Below, piece after piece: positions 48,871 through 58,453 of a stretch of DNA of 64,000 bases. The translations under genes and the position numbers were made by a program. Below the pieces are notes generated by a model. That model did not search any database, was not told where the DNA came from, and was given only the letters and a program-made list of their open reading frames with translations. Numbering within the stretch: the first letter of the stretch is position 1; every line of letters starts with the position of its first letter. This DNA is from Leptonemataceae bacterium (GTDB taxonomy: Bacteria; Spirochaetota; Leptospiria; Leptospirales; Leptonemataceae), in contig OZ245742.1 of NCBI GenBank assembly GCA_965227295.1, positions 5,568,001-5,632,000 of the forward strand, written 5' to 3'.

Positions 48871-49907
48871 CGCCTGTTCCGGAAAGCGTACTCGTCATAC
48901 GTTTCAGCGCCGTGGGGGACATCCTGCTTACGGCGCCGGCGCTGGAGGCATTGCGCGGCGCCTGGCCGGACTGCCGCATCATCTACGGCTGCAAAGAGAG
49001 CATGACCGAACTCATCGAGCACCATCCCTGCGTGGATGAGATCGTACCGTTGACGAAGACCGAGGGCGTGCACAGTTACGCGGCGAAGCTTGTCGCCGCG
49101 AAACCCCAGGCCGTCCTCGACCTGCACGATAAGATCCGCTCCCGTCTGCTGCGTTTTCACTTACGCGGGCGACAGCATGTGGTCTGGCGCAATCGTTCGC
49201 TCATCGAAGACCTGCTGGTAAACCTGCACTTAAAAAAGTACCGCGCCGATCGTCCCATCGCCGCGCGTTATCATGAAGCCGTGGAACGCCTGGTAGGTCG
49301 CACCCTTGCGCCGGGCTCTCTGCGTTTTTATCCCGGCGACGAAGCCCGCGCCCACGCCGTGGAAATCCTGGAGCGGGCCGGCGTGAATCGCAAGCGGCCC
49401 ATGATCGGTGTCGCTCCGGGCGCCGCCTGGCCGACCAAGCGTTGGACGCCCGAGGGCTTTCGCGAAATCGTCCGCCGCATTAGTGACGAAGGCTATCAAG
49501 TTCTGCTGAACGGCGGGCCGGCGGAGTGGCTCATCTCGCGCAAAATCGCCGAAGGCCTGGCCGGCGTCTTTGATTTCACCGGCGTGTCTCTCGGTGTGAT
49601 GGGCGGCGTCCTCGAACACTGCGCGGCCTTTCTCGCGAACGACAGCGGGGCCATGCACATGGCCCGTGGTCTCGGCGTGCCGACGCTGACGATCTTCGGC
49701 TCCACGGACCCCGGCATGTTTGAATGGAACGAGGCCCATCGCTTCGTGCGCGTCGACGGTCTCGGTTGTTCACCGTGTTCGTTTTACGGTCGATCGCGTT
49801 GTCCGCGGAGTCATCTGCGATGTTTAAACGACATTACCGCGGATATGGTGTGGGAGCAGTTGCAGTTGGTGTTGCGGCAGAAGGAACGCGTGTTCGTAAG
49901 TGGGTGA
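48867..49907 (+). CDS. GT9-family (ADP-heptose:LPS heptosyltransferase-like) glycosyltransferase
   Basis: LVIRFSAVGDILL, PGAAWPTKRW, NDSGAMHMA, IFGSTDP; ATGA overlap. Confidence 0.92.
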   Translation: MTPVPESVLVIRFSAVGDILLTAPALEALRGAWPDCRIIYGCKESMTELIEHHPCVDEIVPLTKTEGVHSYAAKLVAAKPQAVLDLHDKIRSRLLRFHLRGRQHVVWRNRSLIEDLLVNLHLKKYRADRPIAARYHEAVERLVGRTLAPGSLRFYPGDEARAHAVEILERAGVNRKRPMIGVAPGAAWPTKRWTPEGFREIVRRISDEGYQVLLNGGPAEWLISRKIAEGLAGVFDFTGVSLGVMGGVLEHCAAFLANDSGAMHMARGLGVPTLTIFGSTDPGMFEWNEAHRFVRVDGLGCSPCSFYGRSRCPRSHLRCLNDITADMVWEQLQLVLRQKERVFVSG

Positions 49908-50004
49908 TGAATCGTTTGCTTCGCGCCATGCTCCGCATACCTCACGCGAAGAATCTTCTTGATATTGTGCTTGCCCGCTTTCCGTGTGTCTGCCACTCTG
50001 CGGC

Positions 50005-50238
50005 ATGGCCGATGAAGAAATAGCCGCCCTCAATCAAATCACCGCGATCATCGACGAGAAGGCCGCGAAGTACAAAGACGAACGTCATCACATGCCGCGG
50101 GCCCGCGCGGTGGCCGAAAAAGAAGCACTGCTGAAACTCATCGACGACGGCCTGAGCCTGGCCCAGAACATTCAGCCGAAACCCATCAGCCTCATTGACG
50201 ACTTCAAACGATTGAGCCGCGAACTCGGCCGCATGTAA
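50005..50238 (+). CDS. Small hypothetical protein
   Basis: 77-aa helical ORF with host-like codon usage, upstream of purK. Confidence 0.65.
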   Translation: MADEEIAALNQITAIIDEKAAKYKDERHHMPRARAVAEKEALLKLIDDGLSLAQNIQPKPISLIDDFKRLSRELGRM

Positions 50239-50255
50239 TCACGAACGGGGCCGCC

Positions 50256-51473
50256 GTGAAAGCACCGGACGACATCATGCGCCAGCGCCACAACCACCGC
50301 ATCGGTGTTCTCGGCGGCGGCCAGCTCGGCCGCATGATGATCCCGCCGGCCCTGCGCCTCAACGTTCCCCTCGCCTTCCTCGATCCGGACCCGGACGCCC
50401 CCTGCCGCACGAGCAGCCCGTTCTTCGAGGTCGGAGATCTAAACGATGAAAACACCGTCTACGACTTCGGTTGCCGCCACGACATCGTAACCATCGAAAT
50501 CGAACACGTAAACACGAACGCCCTCCGGCGTCTCAGCGAGGACGGCGTAGTGGTCCGCCCGTCCGCGGATATCGTTAGCCTCGTACAGGATAAACTTACG
50601 CAAAAGATTTTTTACCGTGAACGCAATCTGCCCACGGCGGACTTCGTCGCCCTGAACAACGCGGCGGAAGTGCAAAACCAGCGCGATACGTTCTCCTTTC
50701 CGTGCATCCACAAGTTGCGCCGCGGCGGCTACGACGGCCGCGGCGTACAAAAGCTCGAGTCCGCGGACGATCCGGCGGCGGCGAACTTCGACGCACCGTC
50801 GTTCCTCGAACAGCTGATCCCCTTCGAAAAAGAAATCGCCGTGCAGGTCAGCCGCAACGCCGCCGGCAAAATCGCCGTCTATCCGCCGGTGGAGATGGAG
50901 TTCCATCCCGAAGCGAACCTGGTCGAACTCCTGTTCGCCCCGGCAGGTATTTCCGCGGGCTGCGCCAAACGCGCGACGGAACTCGCCCGCGACCTGGCCG
51001 AGGCGCTGCAACTCGAAGGGATCCTGGCCGTGGAGATGTTCGTCGTCGGCGACGCCGAAGACGTGCTCATCAACGAAATTGCACCGCGCCCGCACAACAG
51101 CGGCCATCATACCATCGAAGCGTGCGCCGTGTCGCAATTCGAACAACACCTGCGTGCAATCCTGAATCTGCCTCCCGGCGACACCGGCCTCCTGGTGCCC
51201 GCCGCGGCCATGGCGAATTTGCTCGGGGCCGCGGAACTCAAGCCTGCCGAAGAACGAGCGGGCCGCGGGCTCAGCGGCCCGGCAATCTACGACGGCCTGG
51301 AAAAAATCCTTGCGACCCGGTCTGCGTTCGTCCATCTCTACGGCAAGCCGCAAACACGGCCCATGCGCAAAATGGGGCACATCACGACGACGGCGGCGGA
51401 TGCGGACGCCGCCCGGGAACTTGCCCGCAACTGCCGGGCGGCCCTGCGCATCACCTCCGCGCCGAAATCATAA
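50256..51473 (+). CDS. purK: N5-carboxyaminoimidazole ribonucleotide synthase
   Basis: IGVLGGGQLGRM, GGYDGRG, NEIAPRPHNSGH, HLYGK..R..RKMGH. Confidence 0.96.
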   Translation: MKAPDDIMRQRHNHRIGVLGGGQLGRMMIPPALRLNVPLAFLDPDPDAPCRTSSPFFEVGDLNDENTVYDFGCRHDIVTIEIEHVNTNALRRLSEDGVVVRPSADIVSLVQDKLTQKIFYRERNLPTADFVALNNAAEVQNQRDTFSFPCIHKLRRGGYDGRGVQKLESADDPAAANFDAPSFLEQLIPFEKEIAVQVSRNAAGKIAVYPPVEMEFHPEANLVELLFAPAGISAGCAKRATELARDLAEALQLEGILAVEMFVVGDAEDVLINEIAPRPHNSGHHTIEACAVSQFEQHLRAILNLPPGDTGLLVPAAAMANLLGAAELKPAEERAGRGLSGPAIYDGLEKILATRSAFVHLYGKPQTRPMRKMGHITTTAADADAARELARNCRAALRITSAPKS

Positions 51474-51506
51474 GCACATCTTGCTAATAGCTAACCAGAG
51501 ATTATT

Positions 51507-52007
51507 ATGAGCGAATCCATTCCCCGCGTGGGCATCATCATGGGCAGCAAGTCCGACCTTCCCGTCATGGCGGAGGCCGCGGCGCCGCTCAAGGACTTCG
51601 GCGTGCCGTACGAAATCACCGTGGTCTCGGCGCACCGTACCCCGGAGCGCATGTTCGAGTACGCGAAGAACGCGCGTTCGCGGGGCCTCGGCGTCATCAT
51701 CGCCGGGGCCGGCGGGGCCGCGCATCTGCCGGGCATGGTGGCCGCGCTCACCCCGTTGCCGGTCATCGGCGTGCCGGTAAAGTCTTCGAACTCCATCGAC
51801 GGCTGGGATTCGATTCTCTCCATTTTACAGATGCCCGGCGGCGTACCGGTGGCCACGGTGGCGCTGAACCAGGCGAAGAACGCCGGCCTGCTGGCCGCCC
51901 GCATCCTGGGCACCGCCGATCCGAAACTCCTGGACGAAACGGAAAAGTTCATGGAGGCCCAGCGTAAAAAAGTCGAAGCGCAGATCCAGGAATTGGAAAA
52001 CGGCTGA
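51507..52007 (+). CDS. purE: N5-CAIR mutase
   Basis: [38 protein letters not shown]. Confidence 0.97.
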   Translation: MSESIPRVGIIMGSKSDLPVMAEAAAPLKDFGVPYEITVVSAHRTPERMFEYAKNARSRGLGVIIAGAGGAAHLPGMVAALTPLPVIGVPVKSSNSIDGWDSILSILQMPGGVPVATVALNQAKNAGLLAARILGTADPKLLDETEKFMEAQRKKVEAQIQELENG

Positions 52008-52062
52008 GTCCGCCGCAAGATTCGGAAAGCGCCGGCGGCGGGAAATCGGCTATCATGCGCCC

Positions 52063-52926
52063 ATGAATACGATCATGTCCGTTCCTTCCGACAAAAACCG
52101 CACCGAGGCCGCCGTTCGCCAGGCCTTAGATTACATCGAATCAAACTTAGAAGAGAAACTCACCCTGGACGAACTGGCTTCCGAGGTCGGCCTGTCCCCG
52201 TATCATCTGCAGCGCAGCTTCAGGGCGAGCATGGGGCTCACGCCGAAGCAGTACATCGACAAAAAGCGCATGCAGAAGTTCAAGGAGCGCCTGCGGCAGG
52301 GCACCGAGGTCCTCGACGCCTCGCTGGACGCCGGCTTTGTTTCGTTGCGCGAGCCCTACGAAAAATCGACGCAACACCTGGGCATGACGCCGGGGCAGTA
52401 CCGCCGGGGCGGGCGGGGCGTGAGCATCAGCTACGCCCTGGCCGAGAGCACGTTGGGTTTGCTCTTACTCGCTTCGACCGGACGCGGCATTTGCGCCCTG
52501 TATCTCGGTGACGACGTGAAGGAACTGGAGCGCGAACTGCAACTGGAGTTTCCGGAGGCGTCCCTGTATCGCCGCGACGGCAAACTGGACGAACAGAGCG
52601 CGGCGGTCGTGGAGTACGTAAGCGGCCGGCGCCGGGAACCGCGGCTCAGTCTCGACATCATCGGCACGGAGTTTCAGCGTACGGTCTGGGAGGCTTTGCG
52701 CAAGATTCCTTACGGCGAAACCCGCAGTTACCAGGAAGTGGCGGACATGATCGGCAAACCCACGGCCACCCGCGCGGTGGCGAGCGCCTGCGCGAAAAAC
52801 AAGGTGTCGTTGTTGATTCCCTGTCACCGTGTGGTGCGTTCGGACGGGACGATCTCCGGCTATCGCTGGCAGCCGGATCGCAAACGTAAGTTACTGGCGA
52901 TGGAAGCAGAAGGGCCGGCAGAATAA
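52063..52926 (+). CDS. ada: Ada-like AraC-HTH / O6-methylguanine-DNA methyltransferase lacking the N-terminal Zn domain
   Basis: LSPYHLQRSF..GLTPKQY, LGMTP..YR.GG, GTEFQ..VW..L..IPYGET.SY, IPCHRVV. Confidence 0.85.
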   Translation: MNTIMSVPSDKNRTEAAVRQALDYIESNLEEKLTLDELASEVGLSPYHLQRSFRASMGLTPKQYIDKKRMQKFKERLRQGTEVLDASLDAGFVSLREPYEKSTQHLGMTPGQYRRGGRGVSISYALAESTLGLLLLASTGRGICALYLGDDVKELERELQLEFPEASLYRRDGKLDEQSAAVVEYVSGRRREPRLSLDIIGTEFQRTVWEALRKIPYGETRSYQEVADMIGKPTATRAVASACAKNKVSLLIPCHRVVRSDGTISGYRWQPDRKRKLLAMEAEGPAE

Positions 52927-52994
52927 CGAAGGCGAAATCGCCGACCGGCTTTGGACTTGCGGCCGGCACCGCCGGACCTCAACCTGACACTTCT

Positions 52995-53609
52995 ATGTAC
53001 AAAGGCGAAAAGATCAACAGCATCTCCCACCTGGTCGGGGCCTCGCTGGCTCTCGTCGGGATGGTCCTCCTGATCGTCTTCGCGTCCCTGACCGGCGACC
53101 CCTGGAAGATCGGCAGCGCCATTGTGTACGGCCTGTCGTTATTTTTGATGTTCTTGTTTTCGACTCTGTATCACTCGTTTCGCGGCACGGCCAAAGTCGT
53201 CTTCCAGCGCCTGGATCACGTCGGCATCTATTTGCTGATTGCCGGAACCTATACTCCCTATTGTCTGCTGGTGTTGCGCGAGAGCGCCGGCTTTCGCGTG
53301 TTGATCGCGGTGTGGTCTATCGCGGCCTTCGGTATCGCGTTCAAGAGCGTCTTCGGTCCGCGCTTTAATCTGGTGTCCACGCTGCTCTACGTTGCCTGCG
53401 GCTGGACGATCGTCATCGACTTTTCTGCGCTCCTCGAAAACTTCGGCGGCGCCGGTTTCTACTGGTTGCTGTCGGGAGGTCTACTGTACACCGTGGGAGC
53501 ATTCTTTTTTCTGAACGACTCCATTCGCCGCAATCATGAGATCTGGCACTTCTTCGTGCTCGCCGCGGCGGCCTGCCACTTCGTGTCGGTATTCTTTTTC
53601 GTGCTGTAA
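52995..53609 (+). CDS. Hemolysin III / PAQR-family membrane protein
   Basis: E.INSISH, STLYH, LDH..IYLLIAGTYTP, HEIWHFFVL. Confidence 0.93.
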   Translation: MYKGEKINSISHLVGASLALVGMVLLIVFASLTGDPWKIGSAIVYGLSLFLMFLFSTLYHSFRGTAKVVFQRLDHVGIYLLIAGTYTPYCLLVLRESAGFRVLIAVWSIAAFGIAFKSVFGPRFNLVSTLLYVACGWTIVIDFSALLENFGGAGFYWLLSGGLLYTVGAFFFLNDSIRRNHEIWHFFVLAAAACHFVSVFFFVL

Positions 53610-53631
53610 CGCGCCGCCGAAAGACCGCCGA

Positions 53632-54147
53632 TCAAAATTTCCAGCGAGTGCTCAGATAATCGAGGTAGGCGTGCAAGGCCTGCCGCGCGGCGGGACCGCG
53701 GGCGGTGATTTCGATGCGTGGAGCATCCGGATCTTTGACGACGGTATACTCGAACGCGTCCTTGTTCTGTTGCATGCCCGCGACCTCGTCGCTTCCCACC
53801 ATGCCGGGCAGGTTGACCATGGCAAACTGTCCGCGTTCAAAACGGGACACAAGAATTTCCAGGTCCGTAATGTAACGATCGATGGCGGCGTCGAAGTCGG
53901 CTTCGGTACTGCCTTCTACATTGTAGATAATGGTACCGCCCGTGGCTTCTTTCTGAAAGACGCGGGTGTGCTGCAGTCCTTCGTCGCGTTCTTGCATCAT
54001 GCGATGCAGCTCGGGGACATAGGCGTAGAAGGCAATGGCCAGCACCAGGGTAACGCCGGTCGCTATAACCGCGTACCAGAGTTCTTTGAGAGCCCGTTCC
54101 CGCGGTACGTTTCGTTCGGAAACGGTGGATGCTGCATCTTTCGCCAT
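53632..54147 (-). CDS. Hypothetical membrane-anchored protein
   Basis: Single N-terminal TM helix; plausible codon usage. Confidence 0.7.
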   Translation of the reverse strand: MAKDAASTVSERNVPRERALKELWYAVIATGVTLVLAIAFYAYVPELHRMMQERDEGLQHTRVFQKEATGGTIIYNVEGSTEADFDAAIDRYITDLEILVSRFERGQFAMVNLPGMVGSDEVAGMQQNKDAFEYTVVKDPDAPRIEITARGPAARQALHAYLDYLSTRWKF

Positions 54148-54183
54148 GGTTCTACTATGGGTGTCTTTTGGACGCCCGTGTCA

Positions 54184-55368
54184 TCATTTTTTTCCGCAGA
54201 GTCGTCGGAAGAGCCCGTGGTTCCGCCCCAGGTCCGCCGCGCGTTCGGCCGGCAGCGGCGGCACTTCAGCCTGTTCGTACCGCGGATAAAACTCTTCCAG
54301 GCGCGCACAGGCTTCGGCTCCGCCGCCGGCCTCGGCATCGATGATCGCGCGCAGGTAAGCCAGGCGTCGCTCCCAGTAGTCATCGCACTTCGCCCCGCAA
54401 CGCTGAAGAAACTCTCGCGGCCCGCCGCCTTCGACAACATCCCGCAGCGACGCCGGAAAGATCAGGGCGAAGAGCACGGGCACGAGGGCTTCGCGCACGC
54501 GGTCTTGCGGCAGGCCTGGCATGATGGGACGATCGCCGCAGGCCGTCCCGGGTCCCTCCGTTAAGTACGCGTTCCAACTAACATATGCGCCGGTGCCTTC
54601 GATGGCGCTGCGTCCCGGCGTCGACACCAGACGCCGCCCAATGAGAAACGGCGAGGCTGCGCGTTCCACGGCGTGGGGCGGGTGACGCAGGTCGTCGGCG
54701 TACACCAGGGCATTGGTGATGACGAGATCGTAGCGGACCTGGGCGCCGAGATACGCGCGCCAGACGGCGTCCGAGGCGGGGAGGCGATCATCCAGGCAAC
54801 GGCCGGCACCGGAGCCTGCCGGTACGGACTCGTGCAACCTCGTAAGATCTTTCAGGCGACGTTCGCGTTCCACGGCGGACATGCCGTCGGCCTGCATCTT
54901 GCGATCGTTGGCGTTGCGGCTGATCTCTCCGGACGTAAGCAGGAGCACCGGTCCGTCCTCTGCCAGGCGCGCCGTAACGAAGTCTTCGTCTTTCGCGCGC
55001 TGCAGCCCGCGTTCCATTAAGAAAACCGCGTTCATCGGCTGATCGATGATGAAGCGCAACTCAAGCCCGGGCAACATCTCCGCCAGGTTACGACTCGCGT
55101 TCTGCAAGATCGGCTCCACATCGGCCACGCTCAGCTCCGGAAAGACCGAATCGTTGAGCACGCCCGCGTTGATCGTCCACAGGAGCGGAGCTTCGCCCTG
55201 TACTTGTGCCGGGCCGCGACTCAGGCCGCGCCCGGACAACTGATACGGTTGTCGAAATTCCGCCAGGCGATCACAGGACAGCCCCGGTATTGTTCCAAGG
55301 AGGATCCCCGCTACGATTGCAGCTTTCAATGTACGCAGGACGGACCAGGAACCCATGTACGGAAGCAC
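54184..55368 (-). CDS. Hypothetical lipoprotein (start uncertain)
   Basis: Hydrophobic leader ending GLSC; long ORF in line with its neighbours. Confidence 0.65.
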   Translation of the reverse strand: MLPYMGSWSVLRTLKAAIVAGILLGTIPGLSCDRLAEFRQPYQLSGRGLSRGPAQVQGEAPLLWTINAGVLNDSVFPELSVADVEPILQNASRNLAEMLPGLELRFIIDQPMNAVFLMERGLQRAKDEDFVTARLAEDGPVLLLTSGEISRNANDRKMQADGMSAVERERRLKDLTRLHESVPAGSGAGRCLDDRLPASDAVWRAYLGAQVRYDLVITNALVYADDLRHPPHAVERAASPFLIGRRLVSTPGRSAIEGTGAYVSWNAYLTEGPGTACGDRPIMPGLPQDRVREALVPVLFALIFPASLRDVVEGGGPREFLQRCGAKCDDYWERRLAYLRAIIDAEAGGGAEACARLEEFYPRYEQAEVPPLPAERAADLGRNHGLFRRLCGKK

Positions 55369-55402
55369 GCCGCAGACGCGTCCGCAGGTAAAGCAAAAGA
55401 CC

Positions 55403-55597
55403 TCAGCCCTTTACCGGCCCCGAATGCCCCGCTCTGTAATGATCAATGACCTTTATGACCCGCTGAAAGGAATGCATGAGGCACCCCTTACACATATCGT
55501 TTTGATAAAGCTTATCCACGAGAGTCCCACAAGAACTACACCGCTTCGCCAGCTCCGTGTTCGACTCACCACCATCCGCTTGCGCGACCTCTGCCAT
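55403..55597 (-). CDS. Small CxxC-x12-CxxC zinc-finger-like protein
   Basis: MAEVAQ..RCSSCG..DMCKGCL; AAAGGAA upstream on the minus strand. Confidence 0.65.
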   Translation of the reverse strand: MAEVAQADGGESNTELAKRCSSCGTLVDKLYQNDMCKGCLMHSFQRVIKVIDHYRAGHSGPVKG

Positions 55598-56350
55598 ACA
55601 CATCCCGAGTTCCTTTTCTCTTTGTTTATCATCATGTTCGGCGCAGAAGAGTTTTCAGTAAGAAATTTGTATATATTACTTAAATTCGCTCCGGCTACGG
55701 CGCTCAGCGCCCGGCTTTCACTCATCTGCCACCGTGTACTTAAACACCGTGATTGCTTCTGTTTCCCGCAGTCCGGTATTGTATCTCTTTTTTCGAAAAA
55801 CTCAATCCAAAAAAACCTGACGTTCTGTTTTTCGTCAAAAAACGCCACTAACTTCCATAAATCGCAAGTTAGCAGCAAAACTCCCCGACCTTAACCGCCG
55901 ACCGGCCAAATAAAGACCGGCCGGAGCCGGCCGTTCGGGCCGCCTCCGAAAACTTTTGCGTTCAGAGCGGCCTTTCCTTTAGTAGAAACCACCGCAAAAC
56001 ACGCCCGTTCTTTCCGGAGTTCGCCGTTATCCCCACCCCCGTGGGGCCGTGTGGACTTCGGCGTGAATAAAAACTCACCGTGACCGTCGTTCTCGCAACG
56101 CGGACGCGACCGAGGAGAGAGCGATGGAAATGAAAACGGGGCCTTCGGTCAAAACAAAAACAGTGAAATCGGCCGCGGCTTCCGAAAAAATTATTCACCG
56201 CGTATCCATAGACTTGTCCGCACACTGTTGCTTACAATTGAGGCATTGATATACCGTCGTACAAGAAAGACCGCGTTCTCGCCCGGATGTTTTTACGATA
56301 CCGCGCCTTTTTTTCGTTTCAATCGAACGCCGAAAAAAAATCCTGCCTTT

Positions 56351-57463
56351 ATGACGTTGAAACGCACGCCGCTGTTTGAGCTGCACCAGAGCCTCGGCGC
56401 TCGCATGGTGCCGTTCGCCGGCTGGGAAATGCCGGTGCAGTACTCTTCGATCATCGAAGAACACAAAGCAGTGCGGGAAAACGCGGGTATTTTCGACGTT
56501 TCTCACATGGGTGAGATCATTGTAACCGGTGACGACGCCCTTGCTTTTCTGGAAAAGCTTACCTGCAACCGCCTTGCATCCATAGTAGACGGTCAGGTCC
56601 AGTACAACGCGGTGCTCAACGAACAGGGCGGGCTTGTCGACGACGTCACCATCTATCGCATATCTTCGACGGAGTTCTTCGTATGCAGCAATGCTTCGAA
56701 CTACGAGGCCGTAGACGCCCACTTTCGTAAGTATCAATCGAATGATGTTACCATCACCAACGAAAGCGAGGACTGGCATCAGATCGCCTTACAGGGACCG
56801 AACGCGGAATCTCTTCTAAAGAAAGTCACCGGCGTGGATCCTTCCGAGATCCACTACTTTCGCTTCAAAGATTACGAGCAGGACGATCACCTTTTGAGGA
56901 TCAGCCGAACCGGTTATACCGGCGAGGACGGCTTTGAAATCTACAGCGACGTTGCCGCCGGTGTAAAACTGTGGGAAGAACTCATGGGCACCGAAGAAGT
57001 CGTGCCGGTCGGTCTCGGCGCGCGGGATACACTGCGCCTGGAAGCCATGTATCCACTCTATGGCCACGAGTTGAATGAAAAACTCACGCCGGTGGAAAGC
57101 GGCATCGGCTGGATCGTCAAAGAGAAGGATGAGCCGTACCTCGGATACGAGCGCATCATGGATCACAAGAAGAACGGGGCGCCCGGTCGCGTGGTCCCCC
57201 TGGTGCTGGAAGAGGCCGGCGTCCCCCGGGACGAGTATCCCGTCCTCGATGCCGGCGGCGAGAAGGAACTCGGCCGCATCCTGTCCGGCACGCATTCACC
57301 GATCCTCGGCAAAGGCATTGGTACGGCTTATCTCCCCATCGCAGCGACGGAAGAGGGCACGGAGCTGCTCGTGGAAATCCGCAAACGCCGACCGCGCGCA
57401 CGCGTCGTCAAGGGTCCGTTTGTCCAGGGCACGGCCGGTCGCAATCGCTACAAGAAGGCCTGA
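56351..57463 (+). CDS. gcvT: Glycine cleavage system aminomethyltransferase T
   Basis: KRTPL, FAGWEMPVQY, FDVSHMGE, SRTGYTGEDGFE, GLGARDTLRLEA. Confidence 0.97.
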   Translation: MTLKRTPLFELHQSLGARMVPFAGWEMPVQYSSIIEEHKAVRENAGIFDVSHMGEIIVTGDDALAFLEKLTCNRLASIVDGQVQYNAVLNEQGGLVDDVTIYRISSTEFFVCSNASNYEAVDAHFRKYQSNDVTITNESEDWHQIALQGPNAESLLKKVTGVDPSEIHYFRFKDYEQDDHLLRISRTGYTGEDGFEIYSDVAAGVKLWEELMGTEEVVPVGLGARDTLRLEAMYPLYGHELNEKLTPVESGIGWIVKEKDEPYLGYERIMDHKKNGAPGRVVPLVLEEAGVPRDEYPVLDAGGEKELGRILSGTHSPILGKGIGTAYLPIAATEEGTELLVEIRKRRPRARVVKGPFVQGTAGRNRYKKA

Positions 57464-57544
57464 GAACCGAATCCGGGTGACACAACGCTTTACAGGAGAG
57501 CTGCGCCCGCAATTTTAGTCGGAAATCGCACGAGTAAACGCATT

Positions 57545-57934
57545 ATGTCATCCAACGTACCCGACGGCTACTATTACACACAGAAACACGAATGGGCTAA
57601 GAAAGAGGGCGACCTCCTGCTCATCGGCATCAGCGACTACGCGCAGGACTCCCTGGGGGACATCGTCTACGTGGACGCGCCCGAAGCGGGGACCGAGCTG
57701 GGTGCCGGCGACTCTTTCGGCAGCATCGAGTCCGTGAAGGCGGTAGAGGATCTCTACTCCCCGGTCAGCGGCACGGTCGCAGAGAGCAATCCGGCCCTCC
57801 AGGACGCCCCGGAATCGATTAACAAAGATCCTTACAGTAGCTGGATCATTAAAATCAAAGACTTTGACGCCTCCGGCCTCGACGACCTCATGGACGCCGC
57901 CGCCTATGGAGACTACCTCGGCTCGCTGGACTGA
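57545..57934 (+). CDS. gcvH: Glycine cleavage system H protein
   Basis: HEW, GISDYAQDSLGDIVYV, IESVKAV lipoyl-Lys motif. Confidence 0.97.
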   Translation: MSSNVPDGYYYTQKHEWAKKEGDLLLIGISDYAQDSLGDIVYVDAPEAGTELGAGDSFGSIESVKAVEDLYSPVSGTVAESNPALQDAPESINKDPYSSWIIKIKDFDASGLDDLMDAAAYGDYLGSLD

Positions 57935-58059
57935 GTTCCGCCTGCCGGAGAAAACGGCGAAATTCTGTGAATTGTTTCGTCTAACGCTGAAGAACGGCCT
58001 CCGGCAGACCGATTTAACTTTACAAAACGGAGAAGCCCTCTTTTTTGATCAGGTAGCTT

Positions 58060-58341
58060 ATGCAATGGGAAAAGATTTTACGCGACTCGGTGAAAGACGG
58101 CATCATCCGTGAGTTGCATCTGCGTCACGTTCCGTCTCTCAAGACGGCAGAGAACTGGAACGATGTCAAAGAAATCGGCCTGATCGATCATCGCACCAAG
58201 TACGCCCACTACAAGGGCATCCTCGTGAAGTACGGCGACCGAATCTTCTACGTCTCCGAAGAGCGCATGCAGGCCCTGGCTCCCTATCGCCAGTGGAAGA
58301 CCAAGAATCGCATCAAGGTCACCGACGCGGAAAAGAAGTAA
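58060..58341 (+). CDS. Small hypothetical protein
   Basis: 93-aa ORF with host-like codon bias; AGGT upstream. Confidence 0.7.
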   Translation: MQWEKILRDSVKDGIIRELHLRHVPSLKTAENWNDVKEIGLIDHRTKYAHYKGILVKYGDRIFYVSEERMQALAPYRQWKTKNRIKVTDAEKK

Positions 58342-58453
58342 TCCCACGCGCGGGCGTCGGCAGCTTTCTTTCTTACATTAACGCCATAAGCAGCGACGTA
58401 ACCGGAGTCATCCGTTTGCGTCTCAATACCCACTTTCTTCACCGAGGTCGGCG

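Noticed and set aside
55900..56350. Glycine riboswitch upstream of gcvT
   Set aside because: The conserved GGAGA..CCGAAG..CTCTCAGG aptamer pattern was not found; only a generic GACCGAGG/CCTTCGGTC stem.
56351..57934. gcvT-gcvH without gcvP as a novel pathway
   Set aside because: Split gcv loci are common; gcvP may lie elsewhere in the genome.
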